Shown piece after piece: positions 1 through 8,021 of a DNA stretch of 59,096 nucleotides. The notes below the pieces were generated by a model. It saw nothing but the letters and a program-made list of their open reading frames with translations. It had not been told where the DNA came from and did not search any database. The stretch lies in IMG/VR virus record IMGVR_UViG_3300017782_000016, positions 1 to 59,096 of that record; one strand, 5' to 3'. A program made the position numbers and the translations under genes. How positions within the stretch are numbered: position 1 is the stretch's first letter; each line of letters starts with the position of its first letter. The DNA comes from a virus. Taxonomy: Duplodnaviria > Caudoviricetes.

Positions 1-2
1 CG

Positions 3-269
3 TCAGAGGAAGCTGAAGAGGTTTCAGAAAACGAAACTTCAGAAGAAGCAGTCGAAGAAACTGAAACTCAAGCGGAAGCAGAAATAATGGAGACTCCTGT
101 TGACAACGATCCAGTAGATGAAATAACACCACATTCAAATGTAGAAAGTAACGATGCTGGAGGATTTGAAGATATCCCTCAAGTAGAAACACCATTTTTT
201 GATAACCCTAGTGTGAGACCAGTATCACCAGTGTCGTCAAACAACCAATCAATATCACCAACAACATAA
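3..269 (+). CDS. 5'-truncated acidic (Glu-rich) hypothetical protein, C-terminal part
   Basis: Frame of ORF 87..269 is open back to the window start (SEEAEEVSENETSEEAVEETETQAEAEIM...); stop overlaps next start (TAATG). Confidence 0.75.
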   Translation, partial: SEEAEEVSENETSEEAVEETETQAEAEIMETPVDNDPVDEITPHSNVESNDAGGFEDIPQVETPFFDNPSVRPVSPVSSNNQSISPTT

Positions 270-577
270 TGGAATTAGATTTCACAGAACAAATTAAGAG
301 TAACGCCAGTCTTTGGGAGAATATCCGCAAAAAGAAAGAGCGTATTAAACGAGGCTCACCAGAAAAAATGCGTAAGCCTGGAGAAAAGGGTGCACCCACA
401 AAAGAGCAAATCGAAAGAGCTAAAGGTGAGGCAATGACCCCCGCCCAAAAGAAAAAGTTTATGAGGCTTGAAAAAGAGGTCTCATTAAAAGATTTCATAA
501 AAAAATATGGCGAAGAAAAAGGCAAAGCTATTTATTACGCAACACTCACAAAAATGGCTAAAGCTACGTGTAAATAA
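269..577 (+). CDS. Small basic protein with N-terminal MELDFT tag, putative internal head protein
   Basis: Lys/Arg-rich; SLWENIRKKKERIK...PGEKGAPT and KKYGEEKGKAIYYAT segments resemble phage internal-virion proteins; N-terminus shared with 46764..47759. Confidence 0.6.
   Translation: MELDFTEQIKSNASLWENIRKKKERIKRGSPEKMRKPGEKGAPTKEQIERAKGEAMTPAQKKKFMRLEKEVSLKDFIKKYGEEKGKAIYYATLTKMAKATCK
568..573 (+). promoter_or_regulatory. GTGTAA putative phage late promoter
   Basis: Hexamer 9 nt upstream of ATG 583; recurs before many genes. Confidence 0.65.
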
Positions 578-582
578 ATAAG

Positions 583-750
583 ATGATATCCGAAATACTA
601 AATCAATCCACAGGTGAACTTTTCAAGATGGCTTTATCGCTCGTCGGTATTACTTGCTTGATTTTGCACATACTACCTAAAAGCGAGAAAAAATCTGGCT
701 TCTTCGGATTCATACAAGAAATCATGAAATTTTTAAAAGCCAAAAAATGA
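583..750 (+). CDS. 55-aa single-TM membrane protein (not in ORF track)
   Basis: MISEILNQSTGELFKMALSLVGITCLILHILPKSEKKSGFFGFIQEIMKFLKAKK; preceded by GTGTAA; stop overlaps next start (ATGA at 747-750). Confidence 0.75.
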   Translation: MISEILNQSTGELFKMALSLVGITCLILHILPKSEKKSGFFGFIQEIMKFLKAKK

Positions 751-1415
751 AAAACCTAATTGCTACTCTCCTTTTCGCTACCACTACATTATCTGCCCTT
801 TCTCTGGAGCCACCAGACCTAACGCCAGATACAAGTTTAAATCTAACTTGGATGACCTTACAAAGTTTTGATTTAACCAAAAATCAAAATTATACAAGAC
901 CAGATGGAGAAGATTGGGGTTATGATGATGATGAATACTTCTACAATGTAGCAAAATTCAGTATTGAAACCCTTGGTACTTATTCAGTGCTCAATACATC
1001 TTTCAATGCAGATTATATAGGTGTAGACAGACAGTTCGGAGAAAATGAAACTTTACTACCTAACGGCACACCAGTTTGGATGAGAGACACAATGATTTAT
1101 ATTTATGATGATATATTTAATCCTTTGACACCAACAAATCCTTTATACTTTGCTGACAATGACGACTATGACGAGTACGAAGGCGAGTTAGAAGATGGTG
1201 ATTTATTGTTCTTTTTGGAATTAGATGATTTAGAGATAGATACAGAATATTATGCAGTTATTACAACTTATGAACCTAAAGTTGCTGGAGATGGCTGGAT
1301 GATGATTACTGGTCCAGGTGCAGTATCAATTGATATCATTCCAGAGCCTGCTTCGTATGCTTTGATGATTGGATTTGCATCATTCCTTTACATAGCGATC
1401 AAACGCCGTAAATAA
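747..1415 (+). CDS. PEP-CTERM sorting-domain protein (secreted, surface-anchored, very acidic)
   Basis: N-terminal signal peptide MKNLIATLLFATTTLSA; C-terminus IPEPASYALMIGFASFLYIAIKRRK = PEP motif + TM helix + basic tail. Confidence 0.9.
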   Translation: MKNLIATLLFATTTLSALSLEPPDLTPDTSLNLTWMTLQSFDLTKNQNYTRPDGEDWGYDDDEYFYNVAKFSIETLGTYSVLNTSFNADYIGVDRQFGENETLLPNGTPVWMRDTMIYIYDDIFNPLTPTNPLYFADNDDYDEYEGELEDGDLLFFLELDDLEIDTEYYAVITTYEPKVAGDGWMMITGPGAVSIDIIPEPASYALMIGFASFLYIAIKRRK

Positions 1416-1421
1416 GTGTAA
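1416..1421 (+). promoter_or_regulatory. GTGTAA putative late promoter
   Basis: 8 nt upstream of ATG 1430, inside inverted repeat TAAGTGT-AAAA-ACACTTA. Confidence 0.7.
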
Positions 1422-1429
1422 AAACACTT

Positions 1430-2299
1430 ATGGCAAGTGAAGGCGGAGACGAATATATAATCCTAAGTAAATTTGGTAGTGACACTACTCATCTTCTAAC
1501 TGGCGTACAAGATGTTTCGTTTAGCCAAAACGTTCAAGAAGAATCTGTAATGTTATTAGGTACAGATCACACTGATTACAATATAACGGGCCCAACAACA
1601 ACTAATTTAACTTTTAGTAAAGTATTTGCTAATGACGATATTGTCGACTCTACATTAACGGGTCAACGCTTAAGTGGAGCCTTTGTATATGGTGATAGGG
1701 CAATGGTTTTTGATTTTAGTTACATTGTAGGTTATTCTATAAATGTAAATATGGGAGATGTGCCCAGACTGCAATGTTCCATAAATGTTTTAGGGGACTT
1801 AAGTGGAGACAGCAGTAATGGTAACTTGTCTCATGTACAAGATCACTTTTTAAAACCAGCGTTAAAAGAAACACCAATGGAGTTGATTCCACAAACAGGA
1901 ATTAACATCACTTATGATAAATCAACAACGTTAGACCAAGTACAAAGTTTTTCTTTATCTAGGGCTTTTCCTTGGGATCCTTACTATCGTATAGGTTCTT
2001 TAGGTCCAGCTCAAGCTGTTTTAAATGGACCTATTTCTGAAGAGGTGTCTATAGATTTTGAAGTCGAAGATTATGTATTTGAAAATAAAACTGGATATAA
2101 TTCTTCAGCACCTGGTGCAAGCACAATTAGAAACAGTAATGAAATCAGCTTATCTATTTCATCAACAACTGGACTTTTGAAAACATACACGGTAAATAAT
2201 CACAGATTAGTTTCAGAAAACATATCAACCAGAGTTTCAGATACTCCAATAGCATCTTTAACATATAGAGGAATTCGCCCTGGAATCAGACCAAACTAA
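1430..2299 (+). CDS. Putative minor tail protein, tail-tube-like paralog
   Basis: Beta-rich; internal duplication GVQDVSFSQ...LLG / QVQSFSLSR...YRIGS, as in 15416..16810. Confidence 0.55.
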   Translation: MASEGGDEYIILSKFGSDTTHLLTGVQDVSFSQNVQEESVMLLGTDHTDYNITGPTTTNLTFSKVFANDDIVDSTLTGQRLSGAFVYGDRAMVFDFSYIVGYSINVNMGDVPRLQCSINVLGDLSGDSSNGNLSHVQDHFLKPALKETPMELIPQTGINITYDKSTTLDQVQSFSLSRAFPWDPYYRIGSLGPAQAVLNGPISEEVSIDFEVEDYVFENKTGYNSSAPGASTIRNSNEISLSISSTTGLLKTYTVNNHRLVSENISTRVSDTPIASLTYRGIRPGIRPN

Positions 2300-2307
2300 T
2301 AAAATAG

Positions 2308-2313
2308 GTGTAA
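2308..2313 (+). promoter_or_regulatory. GTGTAA putative late promoter
   Basis: 9 nt upstream of ATG 2323. Confidence 0.7.
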
Positions 2314-2322
2314 TAAATATAT

Positions 2323-3156
2323 ATGGCATACATAAGTTTTAGGGATTTACCAATTTACATAGCGGCTGGCGACAACGCCTTAGCAGAAGGAGAAAGCAGT
2401 TCATTAATGGTTCACGCTAACCAAGGTTCTATTTCATACACTCCTAATGTACAATCAACTAGACTTTTAGGTCAAACACCAGATGCTGGTAAAGATTATT
2501 TAATCGCTGGACCATTTTCTGCGAGTTTATCATTTTCTTTCTTTTTAAAAAATGGTGAATTTATACCTACTGCTCATACTGGTGATAGTAAGCTGTCCTT
2601 TGCGTTTGGAGATAAAGATGGACTAAGGGGTACTAACATGTATTTAAATTCATTTTCTTATACGTTAGCGCCATATGCACCCGTGCAAGTTAATTGTGAG
2701 TTTGGCATATACTCAAAACCAGAAGGGAAAATAGCATCAGTTGGCACTACTAATCTAGGACCACAACCAGGCGCAGCTGCTAGTAGTCAATATGCACACG
2801 GAGCATATTCTACTCTTACTAATCCAGTCGCAGGTACATTAACAGTCGAAAATGCGGCTTATCAATTTACAACAAGTAGACAACCAGTATACGCAATCGG
2901 AGCACTAACTCCAAGTGAAGTTTTACAATTAACTGCAGAACATCAAGTTAGTATAGCGGGAGATAACATTGACGCACTCGTAGGAGTCGGCGGAGTTGAG
3001 GAAGGAGCTGCAGTTTTAGATTTAAAAGCTCCATCTGCTCCCACCGTTACAATTATGAAATCAACTGTCAATGGTATAGTTACTGCACAAACTATGAATG
3101 CAAGTGCTGGAGGAGTAGCTCAAGGCACTACTACTATACAACAATCCTTGTTGTAG
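2323..3156 (+). CDS. Putative minor tail protein, tail-tube-like paralog
   Basis: ANQGSISYTP...LLG / VENAAYQFTTSRQPVYAIG duplication matching the tube-like family. Confidence 0.55.
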   Translation: MAYISFRDLPIYIAAGDNALAEGESSSLMVHANQGSISYTPNVQSTRLLGQTPDAGKDYLIAGPFSASLSFSFFLKNGEFIPTAHTGDSKLSFAFGDKDGLRGTNMYLNSFSYTLAPYAPVQVNCEFGIYSKPEGKIASVGTTNLGPQPGAAASSQYAHGAYSTLTNPVAGTLTVENAAYQFTTSRQPVYAIGALTPSEVLQLTAEHQVSIAGDNIDALVGVGGVEEGAAVLDLKAPSAPTVTIMKSTVNGIVTAQTMNASAGGVAQGTTTIQQSLL

Positions 3157-3158
3157 TG

Positions 3159-3186
3159 TTGAATTTTTACGCAAATCGTTTACTAT
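3159..3186 (+). promoter_or_regulatory. Host sigma70-type promoter, near-leaderless
   Basis: TTGAAT-N16-TACTAT, ATG 5 nt after the -10 box. Confidence 0.55.
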
Positions 3187-3191
3187 AAAAT

Positions 3192-3515
3192 ATGATTAAG
3201 TTTTGTTCCGAGTGTGGTGCGAAGGCTGAATATAAATTCAGTCCTCCTAAATTTTGTTCTAGTTGCGGTACCCCTATGGGTGTTGCTGCAAAAAACGAAT
3301 CTCGTCCATTGGATAGAAATGTAAATGCAAGCAGAAAAATACAAGCCATAGCAGACGACGAAACAGATGCGGAATTTGTACCACAAATAAATAAATTAGA
3401 ATATGAAATAGATACATATGACGATCAATACAATCATACAATCGGCTCTCTTGCAGGGAAAGCTCCTATGTCAAGAAGAAGAGCAACGAGGAAACATATT
3501 GATGATCTTAAGTAA
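3192..3515 (+). CDS. Zinc-ribbon protein
   Basis: FCSECG ... FCSSCG double CxxC at N-terminus. Confidence 0.8.
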   Translation: MIKFCSECGAKAEYKFSPPKFCSSCGTPMGVAAKNESRPLDRNVNASRKIQAIADDETDAEFVPQINKLEYEIDTYDDQYNHTIGSLAGKAPMSRRRATRKHIDDLK

Positions 3516-4187
3516 ATGTATAATTTTGAGGACAAACTCGAACAAATAGAAAGAGCACTAGAAAAAAAACGAAGTAAATGGGATCTAGATGCGGTACCCT
3601 CCGTTGATTACGATGATATAAAACAAATTATCATGACCCACATTTACAAGAAGTGGCATTTGTGGGATCAGACTAAACCGATTGAACCTTGGTTGAGTCG
3701 AGTCGTTGCTAATCAATTTAAAAATTTGTTACGTAATCATTATGGTAATTATGCCAGACCTTGTTTAAGGTGTGAACATAATTTAGGCGGTGACTCGTGC
3801 GGCCTTAATTCAAGCGGTAGGCAGGACAATTCTTGTCAGTTGTATGCAGATTGGGAAAAAAGAAAAAAATCAGCATACGATATAAAACTAGCGGTTACAA
3901 TCGAAAACCACACAAACGAAATCAACCAAAGACAAGATGAATTTATAGATATAGCAGATGCCACAGAAAGAATTTCTGAGCATCTCAAGCCACATTTAAA
4001 TTTAAAGCAGTACATGGCTTTCCGTATGCTTTTTATCGAAAACCACTCTGAGGAAAAGGTCGCTTCGTATTTAGGTTACAAAACCAACGAAAAGAAACGA
4101 TCAGCAGGGTACAAACAAATTAAAAATCTAAAAAAGATTTTTCAAGAGAAAGTCAAAGAAATTTTAGATAACAACGACATACTATGA
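3516..4187 (+). CDS. Phage RNA polymerase sigma70-family factor with Cys-rich insert
   Basis: Region-2-like DYDDIKQII...WLSRVVANQFKNLLR; C-terminal HTH SEEKVASYLG; insert CLRC..C..C. Confidence 0.75.
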   Translation: MYNFEDKLEQIERALEKKRSKWDLDAVPSVDYDDIKQIIMTHIYKKWHLWDQTKPIEPWLSRVVANQFKNLLRNHYGNYARPCLRCEHNLGGDSCGLNSSGRQDNSCQLYADWEKRKKSAYDIKLAVTIENHTNEINQRQDEFIDIADATERISEHLKPHLNLKQYMAFRMLFIENHSEEKVASYLGYKTNEKKRSAGYKQIKNLKKIFQEKVKEILDNNDIL

Positions 4188-5221
4188 CAGACTTAACGCA
4201 AGAACAAAAAGATAGAATCTTGGAGGAGTTCCAAAAGAACCCCAACATAATCGACATTACTAAGATTGTATTTAACGATGACACTTTGGACGGTAGGTCA
4301 AAGGAGGGACGATCTGTGACGAAGTTTCTAGCTTCTAACGGATTGAAGGCTCAGACCACGAAACATGTCAAGGTGGAATCAGTAGAATTAAATGATGAGC
4401 AAAAATCTATCATTGAAGAGCGACATGGAGACGGATGGTCTTCTTTACAGATAGCAAAAGAACTTTTTGGAAACTCAACCAAAAAGTTAAGCAAAGAACA
4501 AAGAACTGTGCATGAGTATACATCATCTATTGAAGAAGAGCCTACAACCAATGAAAGTTTTCACTACGCTGCGCCACACGCTATTTCGAGAATTATTAAA
4601 AAAATTAATGATTCAACGGGATACGGTCTAGAAGAAGGTAAGATGTCTAGGAACCAATTGACATGCTGTGAAAGATTGCGAATAAATTTAAACAACTCAA
4701 GATTCATAGCCATCGTTAATAACTACAACAACCCAAGAGACAGGGAACTTTTTGAACAAGAGTTTATTAGGCTAACATGGGATAAGCCAGATCTAACGGC
4801 AGATGAAATTAACCTATACATGAATGTGGGCAAAGAGATTATTAATTTAGAATTAATTACGTCACACCTACAAAAATTAAATGATATGTTTGAATCAGCG
4901 GACGACCAGGACGAAATGACTGTGCGTTTAGCGGAAATTATTAAAGCTAAGAGTGCTGAGTATCATCAGTGTGAAAGTCGTATAGAAAATTTAACAAAGA
5001 AACTCCAAGGCGATAGAGGTGAAAGGATGAAGAACAAACAAAAAGAAACTGCATCATTTCTATCTATTGTGCAATTGTTTCAAGAAGAAGAAGAGCGCAA
5101 GAACATGGTACACATAGCCGAAATGCAAAAGCAAATCATTAAAGAGGAAGCGAAAAAGATTGAGGGTATGGCCGCTTGGAAAGCTAGAGTTTTGGGGATT
5201 GGTATTAATGATGTCTTATAA
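4184..5221 (+). CDS. Conserved-looking helical/coiled-coil protein, possible terminase small subunit or DNA-binding protein
   Basis: HTH-like WSSLQIAKELFG, long C-terminal coiled coil, two genes upstream of TerL; function is inference. Confidence 0.45.
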   Translation: MTDLTQEQKDRILEEFQKNPNIIDITKIVFNDDTLDGRSKEGRSVTKFLASNGLKAQTTKHVKVESVELNDEQKSIIEERHGDGWSSLQIAKELFGNSTKKLSKEQRTVHEYTSSIEEEPTTNESFHYAAPHAISRIIKKINDSTGYGLEEGKMSRNQLTCCERLRINLNNSRFIAIVNNYNNPRDRELFEQEFIRLTWDKPDLTADEINLYMNVGKEIINLELITSHLQKLNDMFESADDQDEMTVRLAEIIKAKSAEYHQCESRIENLTKKLQGDRGERMKNKQKETASFLSIVQLFQEEEERKNMVHIAEMQKQIIKEEAKKIEGMAAWKARVLGIGINDVL

Positions 5222-6134
5222 ATGTAAAGAGTGCGGAGAAGAGTTTGACTCAGAAAAAGCGTTACATGCACATATAAAAAAGCATGGTTTTTATGTTGCG
5301 GATTATTATGTACAACATTATCCAAGATATAATAAACTAACTGGCGCACCAATACAATTTAAAAACAAAGATCAATACTTCAACACAGACTTTGCAAGAC
5401 GAAGTCAAATGAAGGAATGGTGCAAAACATCTGATCAAGACGAAGTAAAACAATACATACTGAAAGTATTAGCCGAAAGAGTGATTAGAAAAAAATGGGA
5501 ACACACACCCTCTTATGTTGAGCTCTACAAAGCGAAATTGCCAGACATCAGTATATACAAAAAACATTTTGGTTCTTATACCAAGGCGTCACAAGAGATA
5601 GGTTTAGAACCGCTATTTAATCAGCATTTGACGAAGAAATTCTTTGACGACTATAATGAAAAAATATTTATAGATACAAGAGAACAACAACCACTATATT
5701 TCAAAAACAGCGAATCTTTAAAATTAGCTTTCGGTGATTATACATTATCTGGAGATAAATTTACAAATACGTTTGTAGATAGAAAAAGCGCGACAGATTT
5801 TATAGGGACTTTCGGTAACGGATTCAAAAGATTCCAAAGAGAAATGCAGAGATGTGTGGAAGTGGATTGTTATATGTATATTGTTGTAGAAAAAAGCATT
5901 AAGGCAATATATAAAGATTATTTTCCTGGTAAAAGGTTATCAACCTTGAATTGGGCTTTTTCCAACATGGTCAAGCTTCAACATCAGTTTGCTGGAAACT
6001 GTCAATTCATATTTACCGAGAATAGAACGCAGAGCGAAATAATTATACCTAAGTTATTGGCATTGGGTAAAGAGCTTTGGGAAACTGACATGCAATATTA
6101 CATAGAAGAAGAAAATGTCTTGGGAGACAGGTAA
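5208..6134 (+). CDS. C2H2 zinc finger + ERCC4/XPF-type nuclease domain protein
   Basis: YKCKECG...LHAHIKKH; IDTREQQP...GDY...VDRKS..DF ERCC4 motifs; likely start ATG 5208/5211 rather than 5160. Confidence 0.8.
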   Translation: MMSYKCKECGEEFDSEKALHAHIKKHGFYVADYYVQHYPRYNKLTGAPIQFKNKDQYFNTDFARRSQMKEWCKTSDQDEVKQYILKVLAERVIRKKWEHTPSYVELYKAKLPDISIYKKHFGSYTKASQEIGLEPLFNQHLTKKFFDDYNEKIFIDTREQQPLYFKNSESLKLAFGDYTLSGDKFTNTFVDRKSATDFIGTFGNGFKRFQREMQRCVEVDCYMYIVVEKSIKAIYKDYFPGKRLSTLNWAFSNMVKLQHQFAGNCQFIFTENRTQSEIIIPKLLALGKELWETDMQYYIEEENVLGDR

Positions 6135-7968
6135 TCAAAAACCCCTTAAAAGGGAAAATGTTAATCAACAAGTTTTAGAACTTGAGGGATACCTTGAGGA
6201 CAATAAAGCTAAATATTGGTTGTACAAATTTCTTAAAGATAACATTACGTTTTCAACGCAATTACTTACTGGTATAGAATTGTTTCCGTTTCAACACATG
6301 GCAGTTAAGGCTATGATGGAGAATGATTATTTTCTAGGGGTGTGGTCGCGTGGTATGTCAAAATCCTTTTCTACGGGTATTTTTGCGCTTTTGGACGCAT
6401 CTCTGAACCAAGGGGTACATATAGGAATTATATCAAAGTCTTTTAGGCAGTCAAAAATGATCTTTAGAAAGATAGAAGATATAGCTGCAGATAAAAAAGC
6501 CGAGTTGTTTCAACAATGCATAGGCAAAGTGACCAAGTCAAATGATGAGTGGTCTATGCAAATAGGTAAAAGCCGTATTACAGCTTTGCCTTTAGGTGAC
6601 GGTGAAAAACTTCGTGGTTTCCGTTTCCAAAGAATTATTATTGACGAGTTATTGCTCATGCCAGAGAAAATTTATAATGAAGTTATTATGCCGTTCTTGG
6701 CTGTTGTTGAAAACCCAACAGAAAGACAAAAGATTAAAGATGCTGAAGATGAAATGATAAAGTTAGGTAAAATGACAGAAGAAGAAAGAACTGAGTGGCC
6801 AAGTAATAAAATGATAGGACTTTCATCTGCGTCTTACAAGTTTGAGTATTTATATAAGCTATATCAAGCATATGAGAATATGATATTTAATCCTGGAGCA
6901 AAAAACCAAGGTAGAAGATGTATTATGCAGTTTTCTTATGATGCGGCACCTAAAGCTTTGTATGATGAAAACTTAATTAGCCAAGCTAGGGGTTCTATGA
7001 GTCAGTCTCAAATTGATCGAGAGTTTAATGCTATATTTACTGATGATAGCGCAGGTTACTTTAAAATTAGTAAGATGGCCGATTGCACGATTGTGGATGG
7101 AGAATCTCCCTGTGTTGAAGTAGCAGGCGATCCAGATGCAGAATATATCATGGCGTTTGACCCATCGTGGTCCGAATCTGAAACATCTGATGATTTTGCT
7201 ATACAAGTCCTTAAATTAATGCCTCAAGAAAAGAAAGCTGTTGTGGTGCACAGTTATGCTTTACCAGGAACAAATCTAAAGAAGCACATAATATATTTCA
7301 AATACATATTAGAACACTTCAATATTATCATGATTGTAGGGGACTACAATGGTGGTGTACAATTTTTAAACTCAGCAAATGAAAGTGACATATTTAAACG
7401 AGCTAACTTACATATTGGCTGTTTTGATGCGGATTTTATAAACCCACAGAACTATGTATCAGATTTAAAAGAAGCCAGAAGACAATATAATGTTTCTAGT
7501 CGTGTGATATGTAATTTACGTAAACCAACATCTCAATGGATCAGAAACGGAAACGAAATGTTACAAACTTCTTTTGATAGAAGAAAATTATACTTTGCAG
7601 CCACAGCCATGGATGATAACTATTCGTTACAGAAATCCAAAAAAATACCTATCAAGGATTTAAAGTTTTCTAAATACGAAGACGAAAAGAATGTTGGCGC
7701 AAAAATGATAGAGTTTATAGAGCATCAAAAAGATATGCTAGACTTAACAAAAGCAGAATGTGCGCTTATACAGGTTACAACCTCCGTAGGAGGCACACAA
7801 AACTTTGACTTACCACCTAATTTAAAAAGACAAAAGGGAGCAGATAGACCTAGAAAGGACTCTTATTCTGCTTTAGTGCTTGGAAACTGGGGCATGAACA
7901 TATATTACGACATGATGGACATACCTTTAGACAATAATATTGGCTTTACTCCAATGTTTATTAATTAA
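6115..7968 (+). CDS. terL: Terminase large subunit
   Basis: LFPFQ Q-motif, SRGMSKS Walker A, IIIDE Walker B, AFDPS nuclease Asp, KDSYSAL C-terminal motif; upstream of portal. Confidence 0.93.
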   Translation: MSWETGNQKPLKRENVNQQVLELEGYLEDNKAKYWLYKFLKDNITFSTQLLTGIELFPFQHMAVKAMMENDYFLGVWSRGMSKSFSTGIFALLDASLNQGVHIGIISKSFRQSKMIFRKIEDIAADKKAELFQQCIGKVTKSNDEWSMQIGKSRITALPLGDGEKLRGFRFQRIIIDELLLMPEKIYNEVIMPFLAVVENPTERQKIKDAEDEMIKLGKMTEEERTEWPSNKMIGLSSASYKFEYLYKLYQAYENMIFNPGAKNQGRRCIMQFSYDAAPKALYDENLISQARGSMSQSQIDREFNAIFTDDSAGYFKISKMADCTIVDGESPCVEVAGDPDAEYIMAFDPSWSESETSDDFAIQVLKLMPQEKKAVVVHSYALPGTNLKKHIIYFKYILEHFNIIMIVGDYNGGVQFLNSANESDIFKRANLHIGCFDADFINPQNYVSDLKEARRQYNVSSRVICNLRKPTSQWIRNGNEMLQTSFDRRKLYFAATAMDDNYSLQKSKKIPIKDLKFSKYEDEKNVGAKMIEFIEHQKDMLDLTKAECALIQVTTSVGGTQNFDLPPNLKRQKGADRPRKDSYSALVLGNWGMNIYYDMMDIPLDNNIGFTPMFIN

Positions 7969-7974
7969 AGTTAT

Positions 7975-7998
7975 CAAAGTTACTTTAACTTTGTGTAA
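7975..7998 (+). promoter_or_regulatory. Inverted repeat CAAAGTTA-CTT-TAACTTTG abutting GTGTAA promoter motif
   Basis: Perfect 8-bp arms 7975-7982/7986-7993; GTGTAA 7993-7998, 23 nt before portal ATG. Confidence 0.6.
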
Positions 7999-8021
7999 AG
8001 AACTTTATAATACATATTGAT

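Noticed and set aside
5160-5207. Upstream TTG start for the ERCC4 gene
   Set aside because: Long overlap with the preceding gene; ATG at 5208/5211 directly precedes the zinc finger
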